DNA from: an uncultured Bauldia sp.
GTDB lineage: Bacteria; Pseudomonadota; Alphaproteobacteria; Rhizobiales; Kaistiaceae
DNA: 24,000 nt
Direction of reading: 5' to 3'
Assembly: GCA_963663975.2 (NCBI GenBank)
Contig: CAXXRA010000013.1
Coordinates: 34,579-58,578, forward strand
Position numbers and translations under genes: made by a program
Notes under the pieces: model-generated
Databases searched by the model: none
What the model was told of the DNA's origin: nothing
Seen by the model: only the letters and a program-made list of their open reading frames with translations
Shown: piece after piece, positions 17,422-24,000 of the stretch
Layout of the letters: the number at the start of each line of letters is the position of its first letter
Position numbering within the stretch: position 1 is the stretch's first letter

Positions 17422-18993
17422 CTACGTCAACTGCAAGCCGACGACCAGCACGGCGATCGCGATGAGCCACAGGGCAACACGCCCCCAACGCCGCGAACGG
17501 GCTTCGGAACGGCCAATTTGATCGATTGTTTCGGGGTCGAGACGAATTCCGCGTTCGCCCATATCGGCGAATTCGGCCGACAGTTTTTCGGCTCGCTCGG
17601 CCAGCCGCGGCAGCTCGCTGGCGAGGCGGCCGATGGCGCTGGCGCCCTCGACGGCGAGTTCGATCTGTCCCGCCGGCCCGAGATGGCGCTCGATCCAGTC
17701 GGCCACCACCGGCTCCGACGCCGACCACATGTCGAAATCCGGGTCGAGCGCCCGCGCCACGCCCTCCACCACAATCATCGTTTTCTGCAGCAGCAGCAGT
17801 TCGGGCCGCGTCTGCATGTCGAAGATCTCGGTCATCTCGAACAACAGCATCAACAGCCTTCCCATCGAGATGTCGCTCGCCGATTGGCCGTGGATGGGCT
17901 CGCCGATGGCGCGGATGGCCTGGGCGAAGTCATCCACCTTGTAACGGTCGGGGACGTAACCGGCCTCGAAATGAACCTCGGCCACGCGGCGGTAGTTGCC
18001 GGTGATGAAACCGTGCAGGATTTCAGCCAGGAACTTGCGCTCGGCCCGGCCAAGCCGGCCCATGATGCCGAAATCGACCGCGACGATGTCACCCTTGTCG
18101 TCGACGAAGAAATTGCCTTGGTGCATGTCGGCGTGGAAGAAGCCGTCGCGCAGCGCCTGGCGCAGGAAGGCCTGCATCAGCCGCCGCGCAATCTCGGGCA
18201 GATCGTGCCCGGCGGCGAGCAATCCCTCCGAATCGGAAAGCTTGATGCCGTCCACCCAGGCCATGGTCAGAACATCGCGGGCGGTGCGCTCCCACATCAC
18301 GTCGGGCACGCGGAAGCCGTCATCGTGGGCGATCAGTTCCGCCATTTCCGACAGCGCCGCGCCCTCCAGCCGGAGATCCATCTCGATCGCCACCGAGCGG
18401 GCCAGCGTATCGACAACCGCCACCGGCCTCAGCCGGCGCGCCGCCGGATCGAGCCGTTCGACCAGCCGAGCGGCGGCGTAGAAGCTCTTCAGATCGCGAT
18501 TGAAGCGCCGCCGCACACCGGGGCGGAGCACCTTGACCGCAACCGCCATGGGCTCGCCATCCTCGCTGACCATCTCGGCCCGGTGGACCTGGGCGATCGA
18601 GGCGGCGGCAACCGGTTCGGAAAATGCCGAAAACAGCTCGTCCACCGGCCCGCCCAGCGCGCGTTCGATGGTCGCCCGCGCCTGCTGCTCGGGAAACGGC
18701 TCCATTTCATCGCGCAGTCGTGCCAGCATGTCCGACAATTCGCGGCCGACCAGATCGGGTCTGGTCGCCAGGAATTGGCCGAGCTTGACGTAGGATGGGC
18801 CAAGTCGATGGAGCGTGGCGGTGACGCCCTCCGGGGTGGGACCCTCGCGGCGTTGCAAAACGCCGGCCACCCGCAGTGCCCAGCGGCCGGCCGGCGGCAG
18901 CCAGGCGGGATCGACATGCGCAAACGCCCCCTCGCGCGCCAGGACCACGCCGGCGCGGGCGAGGCGGATCAGCGCCGCGAGGCCGGCGGCCAT
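17422..18993 (-). CDS. ubiB: Ubiquinone biosynthesis protein UbiB (ABC1/ADCK kinase-like)
   Basis: LGPSYVKLGQFLATRPDLVG, AAASIAQVHRA, AVKVLRPG and FFHADMHQGNFFV, with a C-terminal TM helix. Lies downstream of ubiE with a 7-nt gap. Confidence 0.9.
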   Translation of the reverse strand: MAAGLAALIRLARAGVVLAREGAFAHVDPAWLPPAGRWALRVAGVLQRREGPTPEGVTATLHRLGPSYVKLGQFLATRPDLVGRELSDMLARLRDEMEPFPEQQARATIERALGGPVDELFSAFSEPVAAASIAQVHRAEMVSEDGEPMAVAVKVLRPGVRRRFNRDLKSFYAAARLVERLDPAARRLRPVAVVDTLARSVAIEMDLRLEGAALSEMAELIAHDDGFRVPDVMWERTARDVLTMAWVDGIKLSDSEGLLAAGHDLPEIARRLMQAFLRQALRDGFFHADMHQGNFFVDDKGDIVAVDFGIMGRLGRAERKFLAEILHGFITGNYRRVAEVHFEAGYVPDRYKVDDFAQAIRAIGEPIHGQSASDISMGRLLMLLFEMTEIFDMQTRPELLLLQKTMIVVEGVARALDPDFDMWSASEPVVADWIERHLGPAGQIELAVEGASAIGRLASELPRLAERAEKLSAEFADMGERGIRLDPETIDQIGRSEARSRRWGRVALWLIAIAVLVVGLQLT

Positions 18994-19000
18994 ACGACCC

Positions 19001-19786
19001 TCAGAGTTTCCAGCCGGAGTGCATGGCGGCGATGCCTCCGGTAAGGTTGCGCCAGCTGACCTTGTCGAAACCGGCCTCTTCGATCATCGCTCCGAATCGC
19101 GCCTGGTTGGGGAAGCGCCTGATCGATTCCACCAGGTATCGGTAGGGCGCCTCGTCGCCCACCACCATGGCGCCGAGCCGCGGGATGATTTGAAAGGATG
19201 CCAGATCGTACAGCCTGTCGAGAACCGCGACGTCGACCGTCGAGAATTCCAGGCAAAGAAACCGCCCGCCGGGCTTCAGCACGCGATGCGCAGCCGCCAG
19301 CGCCTTGTCGACACGCGGAAAATTGCGGATGCCGAAGGCGATCGTGACCGCATCGAAATTTTCGTCGTCGAAGTCCAGATCCTCGGCATCAGCCTCGACG
19401 AAGCGCACCCGATCGCCGCAGGCCTGGGTTCGCGCCCGCGCCCTGCCGACCGCCAGCATGGCTGTATTGATGTCGCCAACCACCACCGAAGCGGTGGCTG
19501 AGCGTGCGGCGATGCGAAAGGCGACATCGCCGGTCCCGCCGGCAAGATCGAGAACCGCAAACGATGTTCGACCCCGCCGCGGCGGCGCCAGCCAGGTGAC
19601 CAAGGCGTCCTTCCAAATCCGGTGCAGGCCGCCCGACATGAGATCGTTCATCAGATCGTAGCGGTCGGCCACCCGGTCGAAGACGCCATCGACACGCGCC
19701 TGTTTTTCGGCGATTGGAACCGTCCGATAACCGAAGGTCGCCGTTGGACTATTGCGACGCGAGGGTGATGGGGGTGGGGAGATCAT
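19001..19786 (-). CDS. ubiE: Ubiquinone/menaquinone biosynthesis C-methyltransferase UbiE
   Basis: [28 protein letters not shown] motif [18 protein letters not shown] and [13 protein letters not shown]. Start trimmed to the ATG at 19786 (MISPPP...). The track ORF extends to 19834. Confidence 0.9.
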   Translation of the reverse strand: MISPPPSPSRRNSPTATFGYRTVPIAEKQARVDGVFDRVADRYDLMNDLMSGGLHRIWKDALVTWLAPPRRGRTSFAVLDLAGGTGDVAFRIAARSATASVVVGDINTAMLAVGRARARTQACGDRVRFVEADAEDLDFDDENFDAVTIAFGIRNFPRVDKALAAAHRVLKPGGRFLCLEFSTVDVAVLDRLYDLASFQIIPRLGAMVVGDEAPYRYLVESIRRFPNQARFGAMIEEAGFDKVSWRNLTGGIAAMHSGWKL

Positions 19787-19869
19787 GCGGTGCTCATTTC
19801 CGACGCCGCGCACCATAGCCGACGCCGGTGCCAAGAGCTATCTTGGCCAGCCTTGCCAGAAGGTCAGCC

Positions 19870-20751
19870 ATGCCGGAACTGCCCGAAGTCGAAACCATCC
19901 GCCGCGGTCTCAGCGCGATGGTCGCCGGTGACGTCATCCGGTCGGTCGATCTCCGGCGGCCCGATTTGCGCGTCCCGTTTCCGCCGCGGCTCGCCGAGCG
20001 GCTGCGCGGCCGGCGCATCATCGCGATCGACCGCCGGGCAAAATACCTGCTGTTCCGGCTCGACAACCAGGCAGTATTTGTCGCCCATCTGGGCATGTCG
20101 GGCTCCTTCCGGATGGCCGGCGCCGGCCACGATTCCGAGCCCGGCAGGACCCATCGCGGCGCCTCGAAGTCGCCCGCCCATGATCATGTCGTCCTTCACC
20201 TGCGCTCCGGGGCAAGACTGATTTACAACGATCCCCGTCGCTTCGGGCTGATGGACATCATTGTCTCGGACGATCTTGAGGATTCGCCTCGCTTCCGCGA
20301 TCTCGGCATGGAGCCCCTCGACCACGACTTTGACGCCGATGCCCTCGCCCGGCTGTTCGCCGGCCGCCGGGCGCCCTTGAAAGCGGCGCTGCTGGATCAG
20401 AAGCTGATCGCCGGGCTCGGCAATATCTATGTTTGCGAGGCGCTGTGGCGGGCGCGGCTGTCGCCTGAGCGCCGCGCCGGATCGCTGGTCGATCGGCGTG
20501 GACGTAAGCGACCCGCTGCCGGGCGCCTGGCCGTGGCGGTGCAACAGGTGCTGGGGGAGGCGATTGCGGCGGGAGGCTCCTCGCTCCGCGACCACATCGG
20601 GGCCGCCGGCGATCCGGGAGCGTTCCAGACCCGCTTTGCGGTCTACGATCGACAAGGCGAGCCTTGCCTGCGACCGAGCTGTCGTGGAATCGTGCGGCGT
20701 CGAACCCATGGCGGACGCTCGACGTTCTTTTGTGCGGTGTGCCAGCGATAG
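19870..20751 (+). CDS. mutM: Formamidopyrimidine-DNA glycosylase (MutM/Fpg)
   Basis: The obligatory MPELPEVE N-terminus fixes the start at 19870. H2TH region LLDQKLIAGLGNIYVCEALW. C-terminal zinc finger C-x2-C...C-x2-C. Confidence 0.93.
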   Translation: MPELPEVETIRRGLSAMVAGDVIRSVDLRRPDLRVPFPPRLAERLRGRRIIAIDRRAKYLLFRLDNQAVFVAHLGMSGSFRMAGAGHDSEPGRTHRGASKSPAHDHVVLHLRSGARLIYNDPRRFGLMDIIVSDDLEDSPRFRDLGMEPLDHDFDADALARLFAGRRAPLKAALLDQKLIAGLGNIYVCEALWRARLSPERRAGSLVDRRGRKRPAAGRLAVAVQQVLGEAIAAGGSSLRDHIGAAGDPGAFQTRFAVYDRQGEPCLRPSCRGIVRRRTHGGRSTFFCAVCQR

Positions 20752-20783
20752 GCACACCGGTCGCTGAAAGGGAGTAAATCGTC

Positions 20784-21551
20784 TTGGAGTGCATCAGCGT
20801 CGAAACCCGGGGCGCGGTCGGCCTCATGACGCTCGACCGGCCCAAGGCGCTCAACGCGCTCAACGCTTTGATGATCGACGAAATCGGTCGCGCCATCGAC
20901 GATTTCGAGGCCGACGCCAGGATCGCCGTGGTGGTCATCACCGGCTCCGAAAAGGCTTTCGCCGCCGGCGCCGACATCAAGGAAATGGCGAACACCGGGT
21001 TCGTCGACGCGTTTGTGTCGAACCACGCCGCCGCGCTCGAGCGCGTGGCGCGGGCGCGCCTGCCGGTGATAGCCGCCGTCGCCGGTTATTGCCTCGGCGG
21101 CGGCTGCGAGCTGGCCCTGATGTGCGATCTCATCATCGCGGCCGATACGGCAAAATTCGGCCAACCGGAGATCACCCTGGGTGTCATACCGGGCATCGGC
21201 GGCACCCAGCGAATGACGCGGACGATCGGCAAGGCCAAGGCGATGGACCTCATTTTGACCGGTCGCATGATGGCGGCTGCGGAGGCGGAGAGTTCGGGAC
21301 TGGTCAGCCGGGTGGTTCCAGCCAACGACCTGTTGGAGGAGGCGCTGTCGATTGCCACCACCATCGCCGGTTACTCCCGGCCCAGCGTGATGGCGGCCAA
21401 GGAGGCGATCAACCGGGCATTGGAGATGCCGCTGTCGGAAGGCCTGCTGTTCGAACGCCGGCTGTTTCACGCTCTGTTCGCGACCGAGGACCAGAAGGAG
21501 GGCATGGCCGCGTTTCTCGACAAGCGCTCCCCGCAGTTCAAGAACCGCTGA
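20784..21551 (+). CDS. Enoyl-CoA hydratase (crotonase family, short-chain type)
   Basis: [58 protein letters not shown] and [13 protein letters not shown] start with an AAGGGAG RBS. Confidence 0.88.
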   Translation: MECISVETRGAVGLMTLDRPKALNALNALMIDEIGRAIDDFEADARIAVVVITGSEKAFAAGADIKEMANTGFVDAFVSNHAAALERVARARLPVIAAVAGYCLGGGCELALMCDLIIAADTAKFGQPEITLGVIPGIGGTQRMTRTIGKAKAMDLILTGRMMAAAEAESSGLVSRVVPANDLLEEALSIATTIAGYSRPSVMAAKEAINRALEMPLSEGLLFERRLFHALFATEDQKEGMAAFLDKRSPQFKNR

Positions 21552-21716
21552 GTGGCGATGATCGATACCGGCTGCTGAAACTTTACCGGCCGGTCGTCCT
21601 GTCGCCACGCTGTCCGCTTCATCGTCCCCCCTCCCCGCGGGAAAACAAATCCGGACAACTCCTGTGCTACCTCATCCGGACATATCGTCTGCTGCCGACA
21701 CACCCGTGCCGGGCCG

Positions 21717-21745
21717 TTGACGCCCGCCGACGGCGTGTCTATAAG
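21717..21745 (+). promoter_or_regulatory. Candidate sigma70-type promoter of rpsT (TTGACG-N17-TATAAG)
   Basis: TTGACG at 21717-21722, a 17-nt spacer, then TATAAG at 21740-21745, ~53 nt upstream of the rpsT ATG. Confidence 0.5.
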
Positions 21746-21798
21746 CTGCGCCAACCGTTGGGCGGCACGCGCGCCCGGCGTTTTTTCAAGGTTCAGCA

Positions 21799-22065
21799 AT
21801 GGCAAACACCAGCTCGGCCGAGAAGGCCACGCGCAAGATTGCGCGCCGCACGAAGACCAACCGTAGCCGGGTCAGCCGGGTCCGCACCTTCCTGCGCGCG
21901 GTCGAGGAAGCGATTGTCTCCGGCGACAAGGACGCGGCCAGTGCGGCGCTGAAAGCTGTTCAGCCCGAACTTATGCGCGCCGCATCCAAGGGGACGTTCC
22001 ACCGCAACACCGTGTCGCGGAAAATCTCCCGCCTGTCGGCTCGGGTCAAAGCCATCAGCGCTTAG
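21799..22065 (+). CDS. rpsT: 30S ribosomal protein S20
   Basis: [33 protein letters not shown]..., a basic 88-aa protein of the S20 family. Confidence 0.95.
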   Translation: MANTSSAEKATRKIARRTKTNRSRVSRVRTFLRAVEEAIVSGDKDAASAALKAVQPELMRAASKGTFHRNTVSRKISRLSARVKAISA

Positions 22066-22093
22066 CCGTCCCGGCGTTTTTCCGACTTTGGTT

Positions 22094-22120
22094 CGCCCGG
22101 CTCCGGCCGGGCGTTGTCGT
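22094..22120 (+). terminator. Candidate intrinsic terminator of rpsT
   Basis: 8-bp GC stem CGCCCGGC/GCCGGGCG (22094-22101 and 22106-22113), loop TCCG, followed by TTGTCGT. It starts 29 nt after the rpsT stop codon. Confidence 0.5.
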
Positions 22121-22741
22121 ATGGACGGCGCATCGCCGGCCATCGCCGGTCGGCTTCTCGCACGCGCGCTTAGGCGGGTCGGAGAATGTGACGCCTGTTG
22201 TCGTTGAATTTCAAAGTGCTACGGGCAAGTCCCGGCCACGGAACGAATCCGGCGGCAGATTCGGGTCGAGTCAAGAGGCCAGGCGCCAAAAAAATCTTCG
22301 GCGAGCTTTGTGTTCGACGGCGTGACCGCGCCCAAATTTTACCTCAAGGACTCCAAGAACTTATCCGGTCAGCGTGCGTCCGGCCGATCGCCGGAAACCG
22401 CGTGAGCGGGCGGCTGAAGGGTCGGCTTCCGTCAAGTTGCCATTGCAGGGCGCTACCGCCCTGTGTAATTTGATGGGATCGAGTTCAAGAACAGGTTAAT
22501 GAGGCAGAGCGGCGACGTTCCGGAGTATTCATCGGGCTGACGGTCGAGTGATTAAGTTTTCATGGCGAGCGCCGAACTATTTGTCTCCAAGATCTGCATT
22601 TATTGAGTAGGCGTTATCGCGTTTACCCGGAATTTCTTTTCGGAAAAGCTTTCAGGTGCAAGCAAAAAGCGTGTTGATTGGGCGAGACCGCGCGGCTGTT
22701 GTCTGTGCGTGTTGGGGGACTCTCTCGGGCCTGGGGGCGGC

Positions 22742-23173
22742 ATGACGGGCTATAGCGGCGACATCTCTGTCACCAAAGCATGGGACGACCTGGTATCGGC
22801 GTCCAACGCCACGTTGATCGATGTGCGCTCGACGGCTGAGTGGACTTTTGTCGGTGTCCCGGATCTCGAGCCGATTGGCAAGGCGGCGATCTTCGTTGCG
22901 TGGAACGAGTTTCCATCGGGCCGGGTGCTTGAGGATTTCTCCGAACGCCTGCGGGTCGAACTCGATACCAGGGGCATCGGCACCGACGCGCCGCTGTATT
23001 TCATCTGCCGTTCCGGCCAGCGCAGCCGCAACGCGGCGATTGCCGCGACCGCCGCGGGATATCTCAATTGCTTCAATGTCATGGACGGTTTCGAAGGGGC
23101 GCTCGACCCCGCCGGACACCGGGCAAGTGACGGCAGCTGGAAGGCTGCGGGATTACCATGGCGGCAATCGTAA
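22742..23173 (+). CDS. Single-domain rhodanese-like sulfurtransferase (143 aa)
   Basis: LIDVRSTAEW, active-site loop FICRSGQRS and AGLPW. I prefer the ATG at 22742 (MTGYSGD...) over the upstream alternative start at 22709. Confidence 0.8.
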   Translation: MTGYSGDISVTKAWDDLVSASNATLIDVRSTAEWTFVGVPDLEPIGKAAIFVAWNEFPSGRVLEDFSERLRVELDTRGIGTDAPLYFICRSGQRSRNAAIAATAAGYLNCFNVMDGFEGALDPAGHRASDGSWKAAGLPWRQS

Positions 23174-23268
23174 ACACGATGGTTGCCCAGACCAACCTCA
23201 ACCACAAAAGCGTCGCGCGACCGGGCAAGGTCTCCGGCAAGCGCGGCAAACACGACATGGAGAGCGGA

Positions 23269-24000
23269 ATGGCGGCGGACAATCCCACCGAAGCCGAATG
23301 GACCCGGGTCAAGGTGCGTCTGAAGACCCAGTTGGGCGAGGACGTCTTCAACAGCTGGTTCGGGCGCGTCGAACTGGAGGAAGTCGGGCCGAGCCAGGTT
23401 CACCTCTCGGTCGCCACGCGGTTTCTCAAATCGTGGATCAACGCTCATTACAGCGAACGGCTGCTGAAGCTGTGGAAGGCCGAACGCAAGGCCATCGCAC
23501 GGATCGAAATCTCGGTCAGGGGTGCTGTGCGGACCAAGGCGGTGCTGCGGCCGCAGCCGACCGAAGCTGCCCAGGCCGCACCCGTGAAGGAACCGCCCGG
23601 CGGGGCCGACCCGCTACCGGCCAGAGAAAACGGTGGCGGTAAAGGCGGGCTCAGCGGCTCGCCGGTCGATCCCAAATACAGCTTTGAGACGTTTTGCGAG
23701 GGCACGACCAACCGTGTCGCCTACGCCGCCGCTCGCGCGGTCGCCGAGATGGTCGGGCCACCGACCCAATTCAATCCGCTCTACCTCCACGCCGGGGTCG
23801 GTCGCGGCAAGACCCATCTCCTCCACGCGACCACCAGGGCCGCGCGCCGTGCCCATCCGCACCGCAATGTCGTCTACCTGACGGCGGAGCATTTCATGTT
23901 CCGCTTCGTCGCCGCCCTGCGCGGCCAATTGGCCATCCCGTTCAAGGAAAGCCTGCGGGAGATCGACCTCCTGCTGATCGACGACATGCAGTTCCTGCAG
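23269..24000 (+). CDS. dnaA: Chromosomal replication initiator DnaA, 5' part (continues beyond the window)
   Basis: Manual translation of the open-ended frame, which is absent from the ORF track. Domain I LGEDVFNSWFGRVEL...FLKSWINAHY, a low-complexity linker, YSFETFCEGTTNRVAYAAA and Walker A FNPLYLHAGVGRGKTHLL. GGAG RBS 6 nt before the ATG at 23269. In-frame alternative ATGs at 23158, 23179 and 23257. Confidence 0.9.
   Translation, partial: MAADNPTEAEWTRVKVRLKTQLGEDVFNSWFGRVELEEVGPSQVHLSVATRFLKSWINAHYSERLLKLWKAERKAIARIEISVRGAVRTKAVLRPQPTEAAQAAPVKEPPGGADPLPARENGGGKGGLSGSPVDPKYSFETFCEGTTNRVAYAAARAVAEMVGPPTQFNPLYLHAGVGRGKTHLLHATTRAARRAHPHRNVVYLTAEHFMFRFVAALRGQLAIPFKESLREIDLLLIDDMQFLQ

Noticed and set aside
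17383-19044. 553-aa plus-strand ORF opposite ubiB
   Set aside because: It is antisense to a full-length UbiB with all kinase-like motifs, has an R/G/H/P/D-rich composition, and has no RBS. This is a shadow ORF. The same reasoning applies to 1278..2462, 5444..6283, 8254..9246, 9461..10042, 16469..17413, 19864..20757, 20643..21608 and 20789..21952.
21649-21682. 9-bp direct repeat ATCCGGACA (21649-21657 and 21674-21682) upstream of the rpsT promoter
   Set aside because: It is a single short repeat pair with no further copies or symmetry. It could be chance or a minor UP or regulatory element, and the support is too thin for a feature call.
22198-22473. 91-aa ORF in the rpsT-rhodanese spacer
   Set aside because: It starts at a non-ATG codon and has no RBS. 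Its composition is Arg/Cys/Pro-rich with no hydrophobic core pattern, and it ends inside a hairpin. Probably non-coding.
22121-23268. Chromosomal origin (oriC) next to dnaA
   Set aside because: There is no cluster of DnaA boxes. The best matches are 6 of 9 to TTATCCACA. I saw no AT-rich 13-mer-like repeats and no CtrA sites. In Caulobacter and, as far as I recall, Rhizobiales, the origin lies near hemE rather than dnaA.

Overview
High-GC (roughly 65%) alphaproteobacterial chromosome segment with Rhizobiales-like gene order, ending at the rpsT-dnaA locus. The left ~3.8 kb is the end of a prophage-like island that abuts the 3' end of tRNA-Ser(GGA). It holds a ribbon-helix-helix (RHH) gene, a GNAT-fold-like gene and three tightly coupled virion/ejection-like genes. 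The last of these runs off the window edge and is missing from the ORF track. The rest is housekeeping: msrA, mepA, lepA, fabI-fabB-fabA with divergent irr, an SH3-domain protein, a MoeB/ThiF-family enzyme, a DUF1761-like membrane protein, cysK, dut, coaBC, ubiB, ubiE, mutM, an enoyl-CoA hydratase, rpsT, a single-domain rhodanese, and the 5' part of dnaA (open-ended, also missing from the track). Features the gene calls do not explain: (1) two ~260-bp MITE-like elements with ~23-bp terminal inverted repeats and TA flanks, each placed in the same orientation just upstream of a minus-strand gene (moeB-like, cysK); (2) a 19-nt composite insertion that frameshifts the dut C-terminal arm; (3) an ~85-aa helix-turn-helix (HTH)-like N-terminal extension fused in frame to CoaBC; (4) two intergenic CGAATC-N8-GATTCG palindromes carrying clustered GANTC sites; (5) a ~620-bp lower-GC non-coding stretch upstream of rhodanese-dnaA, plus an ambiguous dnaA start. 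I found no CRISPR array, rRNA, complete IS or clearly novel multi-gene system. The island cassette and the MITE family are the best leads. All homology statements rest on motif recognition by eye, not on database searches.
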